From: a virus
Lineage: Duplodnaviria > Caudoviricetes
Length of the DNA stretch: 64,000 nucleotides
Reading direction: 5' to 3' (one strand)
IMG/VR virus record: IMGVR_UViG_3300025735_000003
Span: 21,607 to 85,606 of that record
The notes below the pieces were generated by a model, which saw only the letters and a program-made list of their open reading frames with translations, had not been told where the DNA came from and ran no database searches. This document shows positions 18,887 to 28,878 of the stretch, one piece after another. The stretch's first letter is position 1. Each line of letters starts with the position of its first letter. A program made the translations under genes and the position numbers.

Positions 18887-19421
18887 TGAGAAATACCAAC
18901 CTTGGGTGGTCTACAATAATATATGGAAGACTAAGGCAGCGTGGTTGAGTTGGTTAAGGGGGGGTATAAGACGTGCTCTGTGGAATCGGTCACCAATTAA
19001 GCTTGAGTTTATCAAGAAATATAGACGTAAGATTAAGAACCCTAATCCCAAAGGTAAAGTGAAAGAGGTTTGGGGTGGCATTTGCAATCTCTGTGGTGAT
19101 GAATTTCCTAGTAATCAGTTGAACGTTGACCACCGAGAAGGACAGAATGGTTTGAGGGAGCTTTCTGATTTACAATCTTTTATGGAAAGTATTGTACTTG
19201 TGCAGGAAAGTGATTTACAATTCGTTTGTCTGCCATGCCATAAGATCAAGAATTTACAGGAAAGAACAGGAGTAGATTTCGAGACAGCACGAGTGGAAAA
19301 AGCTGTAATTGAAATATGCAAAAATAAGCAAGACAAACAGTGGCTCTTAGATAAAGGCATCACACCACTAGGGAATGCTAAGTTGAGACGCCAACAAATC
19401 ACTGAGGAGATGATGAAATGA
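18879..19421 (+). CDS. HNH/endonuclease VII-like nuclease
   Basis: CNLCG..VDH..LQFVCLPCHKIK. Confidence 0.7.
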   Translation: MTDEKYQPWVVYNNIWKTKAAWLSWLRGGIRRALWNRSPIKLEFIKKYRRKIKNPNPKGKVKEVWGGICNLCGDEFPSNQLNVDHREGQNGLRELSDLQSFMESIVLVQESDLQFVCLPCHKIKNLQERTGVDFETARVEKAVIEICKNKQDKQWLLDKGITPLGNAKLRRQQITEEMMK

Positions 19422-19584
19422 GCGAAGTCTATGTAGTAACAAATCCAGAGCTTGGTTGGGATTGTGTTGTAGCTGTCTTCAAATGTGATGATGTTTCTAA
19501 AGAGCATCTCAAAGAAGTATTTCCTGAAGGTGAATATGTAATTCACTATCCACGAGAAGTCCACAAAGATACTGGAGAATTTCA

Positions 19585-19827
19585 ATGACCAATAAAACAA
19601 AGATGAGCAACCTTGAATCTTATCAGGAACTAACTATTCAAATCTCTACGCTTAATCTTAAGCTTGATAAAATTCTAAGTTTGTTGAATAAGCCCGAGCT
19701 TAGTAACCAGCCGCTAGAAATTATGAGTCTTAATGATATAGTTAAGCATAACGAAAAGGTAGCAGAAAATTTGTTCTCAGCCCTTATGAAATCAGATAAT
19801 GAAAAGTTTCAGGAGGATTTCAAATGA
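19585..19827 (+). CDS. hypothetical phage protein
   Basis: Operon packing. Confidence 0.55.
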   Translation: MTNKTKMSNLESYQELTIQISTLNLKLDKILSLLNKPELSNQPLEIMSLNDIVKHNEKVAENLFSALMKSDNEKFQEDFK

Positions 19828-19931
19828 TTAAAGATTATTGGACAGCAATCTTCTGGTGTGAATTTATCCAGTTTAGTGTTTATTTTAATGTGTGGTGCTC
19901 AGTCTTGGGTGTGTAACCGGAGGATCTAGAT

Positions 19932-20147
19932 ATGTCAGTTATAGAGATGTTTCCAAAGAAACCAGACACAGACAAATCAGTTGATCACACTATTTCTAAG
20001 TTAGATTTTTGGATCGGGAGGAATCAGATCATATCGAGGGACTTCCATCAATTCAGTGTTTATCAAAAGCAGGAGACGCTGGACACTGTGCTTGACATCA
20101 ATAACAAACTTTATCAGCTTATTTTAGAATTGAAGGGAGAGATTTAA
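19932..20147 (+). CDS. hypothetical phage protein
   Basis: GGAGG RBS. Confidence 0.6.
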   Translation: MSVIEMFPKKPDTDKSVDHTISKLDFWIGRNQIISRDFHQFSVYQKQETLDTVLDINNKLYQLILELKGEI

Positions 20148-21050
20148 TTGAGTGAAGTAGAATGGAAACAACAAGCAATTGAACTAGCTAAGACAGGCAA
20201 GAGTTGGAGGAAGATTTCCGAGTTGTTGGACAAACCACGCTCAACTGTTTCTGATTACTTGCGTAAAGAGTTCAGCCAAGTTGTTGTAGACAACCGTCGT
20301 TCTTCAGAAACTTATTCTGTACGAAAGAACGATAAAGTTGAACATGACAACAGTCGAATCTTGTTGATCAGCGATTTGCATATTCCTTATCACCACCAAG
20401 ATGCTATTGATTTCTTGAAGCACTTGAAAGATAAATACAATCCAACACGAGTAATCTGTTTGGGTGATGAGGTGGATGGTCACGCCTTGAGTTTTCATGA
20501 TAGTGATCCAGATTTGCCAAGTGCTGGTGATGAAATTCGTCAAGCTTTGCCTGTAATTGCAGAACTGTTCAAGATCTTTCCAAAGATGGATATTCTTGAA
20601 AGTAATCACGGCAGTTTGGTATGGCGTAAGGCTAAAGTATTCGGTATTCCGAAGCACTATATCAAAAGTTACAACGAAGTGTTGGGCGTAGATAGTGGTT
20701 GGAAGTGGAGCTTTGATCTTACTGTAGATTTACCAAATGGTCAGAAATGCTATATGCATCATGGTAAGACAAGTAATATTATCCAACTTAGTCAACAGAT
20801 GGGGATGAATGCAACTCAAGGCCATTACCACGAGACCTTCAAGATTGATTACTGGGGCAATAGTACAGGACTTTATTGGGGTATGCAGTGTGGTTGTTTG
20901 ATTGATGATGACAAACTTGCATTCAATTACAACAATGTAAATATTAAACGTCCAATCATAGGGACCGGGCTGATTATTGACTCTATGCCTGTATTGGAAC
21001 CAATGCGGTTAAATTCAGAAGGAAGGTGGGTAGGTGCAAAAGTTAGTTGA
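20148..21050 (+). CDS. calcineurin-like metallophosphoesterase with N-terminal HTH
   Basis: SDLH, LGDEVD, SNHG, HG, GHYH; HTH SWRKISELLDKPRSTVSDYL. Confidence 0.85.
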   Translation: MSEVEWKQQAIELAKTGKSWRKISELLDKPRSTVSDYLRKEFSQVVVDNRRSSETYSVRKNDKVEHDNSRILLISDLHIPYHHQDAIDFLKHLKDKYNPTRVICLGDEVDGHALSFHDSDPDLPSAGDEIRQALPVIAELFKIFPKMDILESNHGSLVWRKAKVFGIPKHYIKSYNEVLGVDSGWKWSFDLTVDLPNGQKCYMHHGKTSNIIQLSQQMGMNATQGHYHETFKIDYWGNSTGLYWGMQCGCLIDDDKLAFNYNNVNIKRPIIGTGLIIDSMPVLEPMRLNSEGRWVGAKVS

Positions 21051-21696
21051 TTTGACAGGGAAAACTTTCGGTCGTTGGGTGGTTATTTCTAGAGGTTTGG
21101 ATTATACTTACCCTTCAACCGGTAAAAGCGCACCTCGTTGGAACTGCCTTTGCGAATGTGGTAAAGAAAAGTTGGTGCATGGAGCGCACCTTAAGAATGG
21201 CACAAGTATTAGTTGTGGATGCTACAACATTGAACAAAGCTCAACTCACGGCCTTTCTCATACCCGTGTGTATAATGCTTATTGGCATATGAAACGAAGA
21301 TGCTCTGAAGATGCAGCACCGAAAGATAAAGAGCTTTACTTTGATAAAGGTATTGGTGTATGTGAACGATGGTCCGATGTTGTAGTGTTCATTAAGGATA
21401 TGGGAGAATGTCCAGATGGCTACGAACTTGAAAGGATTGATGGCAGTCTAGGGTACAGTCCTGATAATTGCATTTGGGCAAGTGAGTTTACTCAAGCACA
21501 GAATAGGTCAACATTCAAGAATAATACTTCTGGTAAGACGGGTGTTGCTTGGAGTCCACAACACGAGAAATGGCGTGTTGGAATCTCTCATAATAAGATC
21601 CGTTACGAGGGTGGGTTGTACTCAGACTTTGATGAAGCTGTAAAAGCAAGAGAAGCTTTAGAACTTGAACATCTTGGATATATCAAGGAGAATTAA
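21034..21696 (+). CDS. HNH homing endonuclease with AP2-like C-terminus
   Basis: DLTGKTFGRW..WNCLCECG..SCGC; LERIDGSLGYSPDNCIWA; NNTSGKTGV. Confidence 0.8.
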   Translation: MQKLVDLTGKTFGRWVVISRGLDYTYPSTGKSAPRWNCLCECGKEKLVHGAHLKNGTSISCGCYNIEQSSTHGLSHTRVYNAYWHMKRRCSEDAAPKDKELYFDKGIGVCERWSDVVVFIKDMGECPDGYELERIDGSLGYSPDNCIWASEFTQAQNRSTFKNNTSGKTGVAWSPQHEKWRVGISHNKIRYEGGLYSDFDEAVKAREALELEHLGYIKEN

Positions 21697-21835
21697 TTGA
21701 TCGATTACAAACTCTACAAGACAATTGAAATATTAGAATTAACTGTTGACAACCTTAGCCGTGAAGTCCATACTCTTAAACAACAGCAAGCGGATATGCT
21801 TGAGCAGATTAAACGATTGAAGGAGGCTGTATCGA

Positions 21836-22345
21836 ATGACGACTGTAAGTGAATTTAAGGTTGGAGATAAAGTAAAAATTAAACAAGAGATGTGGGAGCA
21901 ATATGAGGATGCTCTTAGTAGACTTGGATTTCAGTCACCTAATATATTTGAGGGCTACGAAGTCTCCCTAGTATTTGAGAACCAAAAAAGAATTTCCCTC
22001 AAAGGTTGTTCTAATGCATATAACTCTGAGTATTTTGAAGTTTGTGAAGTTGAGTCGACTACAGAAATGGTGTTTAAAAAGAAAGCTAAAGTAAAATCAG
22101 ACGGCGGCAGTTCATCCTACTACGAACTTACTATCACCAATAAAGCTGGCGAATCAATCAAGTGTGAAACTGGGGACGTGATCCGTGCATTGGTTGGTAA
22201 TGACTTTGACTTTGGAAACTGTGTAAAAGCCCTTCGACGTATGTACTTGGCAACACTCGGTATGGGCAAGGAAGGGACAGACATTCCTTATGATTGTAAT
22301 AAAGTTCGATACTTCCTTAGTGAGATTGAACGGGTGAATAAGTGA
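21836..22345 (+). CDS. DUF3310-like (T7 gp1.7-like nucleotide kinase family) protein
   Basis: DGGSSSYY..FDFGNCVKALRR..GKEG..YDCNKVRYF. Confidence 0.5.
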   Translation: MTTVSEFKVGDKVKIKQEMWEQYEDALSRLGFQSPNIFEGYEVSLVFENQKRISLKGCSNAYNSEYFEVCEVESTTEMVFKKKAKVKSDGGSSSYYELTITNKAGESIKCETGDVIRALVGNDFDFGNCVKALRRMYLATLGMGKEGTDIPYDCNKVRYFLSEIERVNK

Positions 22346-22857
22346 CCAGCATTATCGCAGTGGATGTGGACGACTGCATTATTGACATGCGTCCACTGTG
22401 GATCAACTATTGTCAAGAACGTTTTGGCTATGTTAAATGCCCAATCACTAGTTATAATCTTTGTGATTATTGGGGCGACAAAGCAATGGATTTCTGGAGT
22501 AATGAAAGTCTTTATGATAATCTTACTCCTAATCCACAAGCTGCAAAGACACTTAGTAAATTGAATGATATAGATTATGAGGTTGGATTTTGTTCATATA
22601 CTAAGAAAGGCCATTTTTCAAGTAAATGTGATTTTATTAATACATATTTCCCTTACAGGAAGTTCATTCTAAACACTAAAGAAAAGAATTATACAAGGTG
22701 TGATTGGTTTATTGATGATAGAGCATCTAACCTTGTGATTCAACCAAGTAGTGTAAACACAATCTTGTACAAAACAAATGTTGAGAATGAGGAGAGAGAT
22801 GTAGATTTTGTGACAGATTCGTGGGAAGATGTTTACAGTATTATTGTTAATAATTAA
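22342..22857 (+). CDS. HAD-family 5'(3')-deoxyribonucleotidase
   Basis: IAVDVDD motif I; FIDD motif IV. Confidence 0.8.
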   Translation: MTSIIAVDVDDCIIDMRPLWINYCQERFGYVKCPITSYNLCDYWGDKAMDFWSNESLYDNLTPNPQAAKTLSKLNDIDYEVGFCSYTKKGHFSSKCDFINTYFPYRKFILNTKEKNYTRCDWFIDDRASNLVIQPSSVNTILYKTNVENEERDVDFVTDSWEDVYSIIVNN

Positions 22858-22866
22858 GGAGAAGTT

Positions 22867-23352
22867 GTGAAAGATTTGCCAAAGCTTTACAAGAACATTG
22901 TTGATTGGAACAAGAAGGCTGGGAGCCGCTATGAACCATTCGATACAGTTGAGTGGTGGAGTAAGATGGGGCTTCAATCAAACCTCCTGAAAGAAGAGTC
23001 TGGAGAAGTTGGTGAAGCTGTAGAGTATTGTGATGCAGAGAATCTTCTTGCTGAAGCTTGTGATGTCTTTGTTATCTGGTCTTACCTTGTTAATCAACTA
23101 GAGAAAGCGGGTTATAATGTACAAGGCGCAATTGAAGAGATTGGGCGAGTAAATAACACAAAGATTTTCAACACTTACACCGATGCTTCTGATACACTTG
23201 CTTGGTATGAATCTAAAGGTGATGATGGGTATTATATTGAAGAGTCTTACTTGAACAACCTTCCTTACTACACAGTCCGAAATAAGAACGGTAAGGTAGT
23301 TAAACCAAAGGACTTTGTTAAAGTAGATTTGAAGGGGTATGTACCTAAATGA
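22867..23352 (+). CDS. MazG-like / PRA-PH-like nucleotide pyrophosphohydrolase
   Basis: LLKEESGEVGEA..EACDV. Confidence 0.7.
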   Translation: MKDLPKLYKNIVDWNKKAGSRYEPFDTVEWWSKMGLQSNLLKEESGEVGEAVEYCDAENLLAEACDVFVIWSYLVNQLEKAGYNVQGAIEEIGRVNNTKIFNTYTDASDTLAWYESKGDDGYYIEESYLNNLPYYTVRNKNGKVVKPKDFVKVDLKGYVPK

Positions 23353-23531
23353 TTATAGCTACAGTGTCGACAGAACGTGGTAAACTTAAGTGGCAAGATA
23401 TTGTGAAGACCAAAGAAGATTATAAGCTTGCATTTAATTCTGGAATGGCTTATGTTTGGTGGGAAGATTTTCCATCTGTAAAAGAGTTTGAAGAGTATTT
23501 GAATAAGGGGAAAGAAGTTGTCGCAGATTAA
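23349..23531 (+). CDS. hypothetical phage protein
   Basis: Coupled ORF. Confidence 0.55.
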   Translation: MIIATVSTERGKLKWQDIVKTKEDYKLAFNSGMAYVWWEDFPSVKEFEEYLNKGKEVVAD

Positions 23532-24225
23532 AGTAGAGTTGTTGGATCATATGGGTGATGATCTTCGTGTGGCGAACGTAGCACGAGTGAGCTTTGGTAA
23601 GTGGAAAGAAGAGATTGATGAAAAAGATGTAAAACTTATCAACTACCTTGCAGCACATGAGCACAACAGTCCATTCCGGCATGTACAAATTAGCGTTCGG
23701 TGTAAAGCTCCTTTGTTCCTTGCACGTCAACTTGTAAAGCATTGCGTAGGACTTAGTTGGAACGAAATTAGTCGTCGATATGTGGATACAGACTTTGAGT
23801 TCTATCATCCTGAAGAGTGGCGAGCACGTCCAGAGGGAGGCATTAAACAAGGGAGTGGCACTGAGGTTATTGACCAACTGAATGTTGCTTTTATGTGGGA
23901 CGAAAAAGATGGTGAACAAGAGTGTGTCGGTACACAGTCCATTCATGATGCATATCAAGATCTTGTAAGTTACACAATTGAGTTTTATGACTTACTCATT
24001 AAAAATGGTGTGGCACCAGAAATGGCTAGGATGTCACTTCCTCAGTCAATGATGGTTGATTGGGTATGGACAGGAAGTCTTGAGGCAATGTACAATGTTT
24101 ATCGGTTGCGCTCAGGGGAAGGCGCTCAAGAAGAAGCTAAAGATTTCTCAGGACAATTGAAACAAGTTATTGAACCAATCTTTCCAAATGCTTGGAAGGC
24201 TCTTGAAAGTAGTAAGGAGAAATAA
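23518..24225 (+). CDS. thyX: flavin-dependent thymidylate synthase
   Basis: HNSPFRH; RQLVKH..SWNEISRRY; APEMARMSLP. Confidence 0.93.
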   Translation: MSQIKVELLDHMGDDLRVANVARVSFGKWKEEIDEKDVKLINYLAAHEHNSPFRHVQISVRCKAPLFLARQLVKHCVGLSWNEISRRYVDTDFEFYHPEEWRARPEGGIKQGSGTEVIDQLNVAFMWDEKDGEQECVGTQSIHDAYQDLVSYTIEFYDLLIKNGVAPEMARMSLPQSMMVDWVWTGSLEAMYNVYRLRSGEGAQEEAKDFSGQLKQVIEPIFPNAWKALESSKEK

Positions 24226-24226
24226 A

Positions 24227-24430
24227 ATGAAATTTAAAGAACAATCAGATTATGCAATTGCAGCTTGGATCAATGATTTGCTGAACATCATTAAAGTCCG
24301 TAGTTTCCTGCTGAATAAAGAAGATAGCTTTCTAGTCTTCATGGAAAACAGTAAAGAGTTCCTAGATTACTACCTTGACAGCTACAGCCCTCGTGAAGCT
24401 TATGATGCATTTGATGGAGAAGAAGTATGA
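24227..24430 (+). CDS. hypothetical phage protein
   Basis: AAGGAG RBS, ATG at 24227. Confidence 0.6.
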   Translation: MKFKEQSDYAIAAWINDLLNIIKVRSFLLNKEDSFLVFMENSKEFLDYYLDSYSPREAYDAFDGEEV

Positions 24431-24828
24431 GCAGTAAGAATTTTAATTTCCCGGTAAGTGAATATGATCAATACCTTTCCTTTGTCGATGTTGAGCAACA
24501 TCCTGAATGGCAAGAAGCTTGGAAAGCGCAAGATAAAGAAAAAGTAGATGCAATTCTTTATAGCTTTGGGGTTGACCTAGAAAATGGTTACGAAGTAGAG
24601 ATTAATACCCACCGAACACGACTTACACAGAAAGTTGAATATGGTCCTCGGTTCTCCTTTAGTGAACGACAAGATAAAGTTTGGAAAGAGTCCGGTATGA
24701 GTATTGAAGACCAGATTCGTAATTGTGGTGATATCTCTTTGCAGAATATGCTCAGTGGAATGAATAAGTTTGGGTTTGGCAAGTGTGATACAGTTAAGAC
24801 AGTTGAACAATTGGCCTCAGAGTTTTAA
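24427..24828 (+). CDS. conserved hypothetical phage protein
   Basis: Coupled ORF. Confidence 0.65.
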   Translation: MSSKNFNFPVSEYDQYLSFVDVEQHPEWQEAWKAQDKEKVDAILYSFGVDLENGYEVEINTHRTRLTQKVEYGPRFSFSERQDKVWKESGMSIEDQIRNCGDISLQNMLSGMNKFGFGKCDTVKTVEQLASEF

Positions 24829-24856
24829 TATTTATTTAGTAATTAAGGAGTAAGAC

Positions 24857-26875
24857 TTGAAACACATTGAACTACAACAGACTTCCTACGAAATTTGGGA
24901 AAAGAAGTATCAGCTTAAAGATGAACATCAACAACCATTTGACCTAAACATTGAAGATACTTACAACCGAGTTGCAACAGCTCTTGCTGAACCTGAAAAG
25001 GATTCGGAGTATTGGAAAGAGAAGTTTGCTTGGGCTTTGCGTAACGGTGCAACTCCTGCTGGTCGTATCATGTCTAACGCTGGGGCAGGAGCTTATAAGC
25101 CAGCAACTAGTTTGATTAACTGTACAGTAAGTCAGATTGTTGGTGATGGGATGCAAGATATCCTTGATTCTGTAATGCAAGCTGGTATGACGTTAAAAGC
25201 AGGTTGTGGTATTGGTTATGAGTTCTCTACACTTCGCCCTAAAGGTGCATTTGTAAGTGGTGCTGGTGCTCACACTTCTGGTCCACTAACATTTATGGAT
25301 ATCTTTGATTCCATGTGCTTTACCATTAGTTCTGCTGGTGGTCGCCGTGGTGCTCAGATGGGAACGTTTGCTGTGTGGCACCCAGACGTTGAGGACTTCA
25401 TTAAAGCTAAACGTGAAGATGGTCGTCTACGTCAGTTCAACTTGTCGCTACTGATTGATGATGAATTCATGGCTGCTGTTAAAGCAGAAGGTAAATACAA
25501 CCTAGTCTTTCCAGTAAAACAATCTGAAGTTGATCGTGATTTGGTTAAAGCTGAAACTGTTTATAAGAAACGCTTTTGGGAGAAAGAATACTGCCTGAAA
25601 CAAGATTACATTATCAATGATGAAGATATGATCTTGTGCAAAGTGTACAAACAGATTGAAGCCAAAGAGTTGTGGGATACAATGATGCGTTCCACTTATG
25701 ATTACTCTGAGCCGGGCTTCTTGCTGATTGATCGTATTAACGAGTACAACAACAACTGGTTCTGTGAAGAGATTCGTGCGACGAACCCATGTGGTGAACA
25801 GCCACTACCACCAGAAGGCTCATGCTTGCTTGGTAGTATTAACGTAGCAATGTTTGTTATTGATCCTTTCACTGGTAAAGCTCATTTTAACTGGGATAAG
25901 TACAAAGAAGTAGTTCGTATCTTTACTCGTATGCTTGACAACGTAGTTGAGATTAACGGTCTTCCTCTTGAGGGTCAACGTAAGTCGATTGGATACAAAC
26001 GTCGTCACGGTATGGGCATTCTTGGTGTTGGTAGTGCGTTGTCTTTGCTTGGTGACACATACGGTTCTGAGAGTTCGATTGCTTTCACTGAAGAACTTAT
26101 GAAAGTTATGGCTGTTGTTGGTAACGAAGTTGGTATTGACCTCGCTGTTGAGAAAGGTCCAGCTCCAATCTTTCATGACACAACGAATGGTGTGAGCAAT
26201 AAAGTGTTGTGGTGTGCTGGTAAGTACATGGCTAAGATTTGGGAAGTTGCTCCAGAACTTAAAGAGAAAGCGTTGCAATATGGTTGCCGCTTCACTCACC
26301 ATACATCGATTGCGCCAACTGGCACTATTAGTTTGTCTTTGAACAACAACGCAAGTAATGGTATCGAACCTTCGTTCTCTCACAAGTACACACGTAACGT
26401 GATTGTAGAAGGTAAGAAGTCCAAACAAGCAGTTGATGTTTACAGCTATGAAATGTTGTTCCATAAAGAGATTACTGGTGAAGATGTTGTACCGGCTACA
26501 TTCAGTACGGCAGATAACGTAACAACATACGCTCACGTAGATATTCAAGCAGCAGCACAAAAATGGTGTGATAGTAGTATCTCCAAGACTATTAACGTTC
26601 CATCTGATATTGCTTTTGATGACTTCAAAGACATCTACATCTATGCGTATGACAATGGTTTGAAGGGCTGCACCACCTTCCGCTTTAACCCCGAAGCCTT
26701 CCAAGGCGTATTGGTTAACGAAGAAGACCTTGAAGCTACAACATACATCTTCAAATTGGATGATGGTAGTGAAGTAGTTGCAAAAGGTAATGACACAATT
26801 AATTATGCTGGTGAAGAACACTCAGCTGCAAACCTGTATGATGCAATTAAGGAGAACTATTTTGGCAAGTTTTGA
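24857..26875 (+). CDS. nrdJa: class II (B12-dependent) ribonucleotide reductase, catalytic chain
   Basis: GRIMSNAG, LINC, TNPCGEQ, CLLGSIN, IAPTGTIS, NGIEP, SISKTIN, LKGCTTFR. Confidence 0.92.
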   Translation: MKHIELQQTSYEIWEKKYQLKDEHQQPFDLNIEDTYNRVATALAEPEKDSEYWKEKFAWALRNGATPAGRIMSNAGAGAYKPATSLINCTVSQIVGDGMQDILDSVMQAGMTLKAGCGIGYEFSTLRPKGAFVSGAGAHTSGPLTFMDIFDSMCFTISSAGGRRGAQMGTFAVWHPDVEDFIKAKREDGRLRQFNLSLLIDDEFMAAVKAEGKYNLVFPVKQSEVDRDLVKAETVYKKRFWEKEYCLKQDYIINDEDMILCKVYKQIEAKELWDTMMRSTYDYSEPGFLLIDRINEYNNNWFCEEIRATNPCGEQPLPPEGSCLLGSINVAMFVIDPFTGKAHFNWDKYKEVVRIFTRMLDNVVEINGLPLEGQRKSIGYKRRHGMGILGVGSALSLLGDTYGSESSIAFTEELMKVMAVVGNEVGIDLAVEKGPAPIFHDTTNGVSNKVLWCAGKYMAKIWEVAPELKEKALQYGCRFTHHTSIAPTGTISLSLNNNASNGIEPSFSHKYTRNVIVEGKKSKQAVDVYSYEMLFHKEITGEDVVPATFSTADNVTTYAHVDIQAAAQKWCDSSISKTINVPSDIAFDDFKDIYIYAYDNGLKGCTTFRFNPEAFQGVLVNEEDLEATTYIFKLDDGSEVVAKGNDTINYAGEEHSAANLYDAIKENYFGKF

Positions 26876-27464
26876 GATCACCAATAAAATCACTTCCGTA
26901 CATCTTGGTGATAAGAAAGAAAAAGCTCTTGAGTTTGATAAAGTAATCATCACTAACGTTCCACTTCCAGATGATGCACAAGCCCGTGTTAAAACGCTGA
27001 AAGCTGAGGGTAAAAAGTGGTATGTAACCGTCGTTTACCACCCAGAGTCTACATTGCCCTTTGCTATGTTTTGCCTCACTAACAACAAGGAAAAGACCGC
27101 ACAAACGAGTGATGCTGTTGAACGTCTACTGGTATTGGCTCGTAAGTCTGGGATTCTTGAGGAGCATGTTGTAAGTCTTGAAGATAAGATGTCAGCAGAT
27201 AGCAATGTAAACAAACTCACTCGTGCAATTAGTTTGCTACTTCGTCACCGTGTACCGATCCAGAACATCGTATTTACATTGGATCAAATGGATAACATCT
27301 TTGTTGGATCGTTCCTCTTTCAAATCAAGAAGTTTCTTTCTTTTTATGTAAAGGATGGTGAAAAGGTTGAAGGTGGTACTTGTGGCGATTGTGGCAGTAC
27401 ACACCTAGTTTACTCAGAGGGGTGCATGACTTGTGCAGATTGTGGTTCAAGCAAGTGTGGCTAA
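26862..27464 (+). CDS. nrdJb: class II RNR C-terminal chain (TSCPD + Zn ribbon)
   Basis: AAGGAG then TTG at 26862; ends CGDCG..YSEGCMTCADCGSSKCG. Confidence 0.8.
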   Translation: MASFEITNKITSVHLGDKKEKALEFDKVIITNVPLPDDAQARVKTLKAEGKKWYVTVVYHPESTLPFAMFCLTNNKEKTAQTSDAVERLLVLARKSGILEEHVVSLEDKMSADSNVNKLTRAISLLLRHRVPIQNIVFTLDQMDNIFVGSFLFQIKKFLSFYVKDGEKVEGGTCGDCGSTHLVYSEGCMTCADCGSSKCG

Positions 27465-27480
27465 TTAAGTAACACAAATA

Positions 27481-27502
27481 GCCCGCCTCGTGCGGGCTTT
27501 CT
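27481..27502 (+). terminator. intrinsic terminator
   Basis: GCCCGC-CTCGT-GCGGGC-TTTCTT. Confidence 0.75.
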
Positions 27503-27516
27503 TAGTAGGAGATTTT

Positions 27517-28131
27517 ATGAGTGATAGTTTGGTCTACGGTGTAGGCATAAATGATGCTGATTACACAGTACAAATAAATGAGTTTGTAGGTTTTGATGCA
27601 AGAGGAAAGAAACTGTATAAATTAGCTTGGATGTGTCCCTTTTATAGCGTTTGGCACAATATGATTTCCCGCTGCTACTCCTCATCCTATCAAAAGCGGC
27701 AACCATCTTACGTGGGTTGCAAAGTAGACACAAGGTGGTTGAGATTTAGCACCTTTAAGATCTGGATGATCACGCAACCGTGGGAAGGTAACGCCCTAGA
27801 CAAAGATATTCTATTTCCGGGTAACAGGGACTATAGTCCCGATGCTTGTGTTTTTGTAACTCAAAAGGTTAATAGCTTTTTGGCTGAGAGAGGTAATGAC
27901 CGTGGTGAATACCCAATTGGGGTAGGCCTTCATAAACAGTCTGGTTTGTTCAGGGCTAGGTGCGGTGACACAGAAGGAGGCAGACAAAATCTGGGATACT
28001 TTCAAACACCTGAAGAGGCTCACCAAGCTTGGTTGTCTTACAAATTAGAACAAGCTAGGATATTAGCATCAAAACAGACAGACATCAGAGTTGCAGAAGC
28101 TCTGGTCAAAAGGTACGAGGATTATAAATAA
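27517..28131 (+). CDS. HNH-type homing endonuclease-like protein (paralog of 1030-1725)
   Basis: YGVGIND..CPFYSVW..LDKDILFPGNRDYSPDACVFV; AP2-like C-terminus. Confidence 0.7.
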   Translation: MSDSLVYGVGINDADYTVQINEFVGFDARGKKLYKLAWMCPFYSVWHNMISRCYSSSYQKRQPSYVGCKVDTRWLRFSTFKIWMITQPWEGNALDKDILFPGNRDYSPDACVFVTQKVNSFLAERGNDRGEYPIGVGLHKQSGLFRARCGDTEGGRQNLGYFQTPEEAHQAWLSYKLEQARILASKQTDIRVAEALVKRYEDYK

Positions 28132-28323
28132 ATGGACTACATTGAACTAATGGAAAAGGTAGGAACACAATCAAACGTAACTCACTCTTGTCCAAGCTGT
28201 AACCAGCCTGTTCGATGCGACATTATGCTAGGTAAAAACATCTGTTGGTGCTTCAGTGTACAGAGCAAGGGATTGGAGCTGAACGACGTTTGTATGTGTA
28301 AAAACTGCCTTAACAAAGCTTGA
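28132..28323 (+). CDS. cysteine-rich CWC family protein
   Basis: CPSC..C..CWC..CMCKNC. Confidence 0.75.
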   Translation: MDYIELMEKVGTQSNVTHSCPSCNQPVRCDIMLGKNICWCFSVQSKGLELNDVCMCKNCLNKA

Positions 28324-28347
28324 CACAATAAAATAATCTGCTATCCT
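28320..28347 (+). promoter_or_regulatory. sigma70 promoter with extended -10
   Basis: TTGACA-N16-TATCCT with TG at the extended -10 position. Confidence 0.6.
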
Positions 28348-28348
28348 A

Positions 28349-28390
28349 GACCGTACTGAGCAGAGATGTTCGTGCGGTCTTTTCTTTTGG
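28349..28390 (+). terminator. intrinsic terminator overlapping the predicted TSS
   Basis: AGACCGTAC...GTGCGGTCT followed by TTTCTTTT. Confidence 0.7.
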
Positions 28391-28400
28391 AGAATTTAAA

Positions 28401-28715
28401 TTGAGATTAACACGCAAGCAATTCCTAAGCGACTCCCCGAGAGTTGAAGATATGGAAGATTCTTCTTGGTATCGTGACAACACTTCTGTAGAATCTCAAG
28501 TACAGATTGGAGACTGCTCACAGAAGGTTTATCTTAACTTTGATGTAAATAGCACAGAAAATCTTAAGAAGAGACTGGACAAGCTTGATGTGTTGATCAA
28601 TAATCTACAAGAGCTTAAAGAGAAGCTTCCATTACTTTGGGATGATGCTGTAAAGAATGCTGAAGCTTATAAAGAGACTAATAGGGAGAAAGAAGATGAA
28701 AAGTCCGTTGGTTGA
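28401..28715 (+). CDS. hypothetical phage protein
   Basis: GGAG RBS, TTG start. Confidence 0.65.
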   Translation: MRLTRKQFLSDSPRVEDMEDSSWYRDNTSVESQVQIGDCSQKVYLNFDVNSTENLKKRLDKLDVLINNLQELKEKLPLLWDDAVKNAEAYKETNREKEDEKSVG

Positions 28716-28878
28716 CGTTGCTGCTATCTTAATCTGCATCCTTGCAGTAGTGCTGATTGGTCAATATTATATTCACAAGAAAGATAAAGAAATGAGTTTA
28801 CAACAGCTTGATAAACGTATAGAATTGAAGGAACAGTCTATCCCTGAGTTTGAGGCTGCCGTAAAACACACTGAATGA
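28696..28878 (+). CDS. single-TM membrane protein
   Basis: Hydrophobic VAAILICILAVVLIG. Confidence 0.6.
   Translation: MKSPLVDVAAILICILAVVLIGQYYIHKKDKEMSLQQLDKRIELKEQSIPEFEAAVKHTE

Noticed and set aside
25820-26821. 333-aa antisense ORF within nrdJa (and similar shadows at 12704-13453, 10384-10959 and 42554-43207)
   Set aside because: Same codon-bias shadow effect; low-complexity, motif-free translations.
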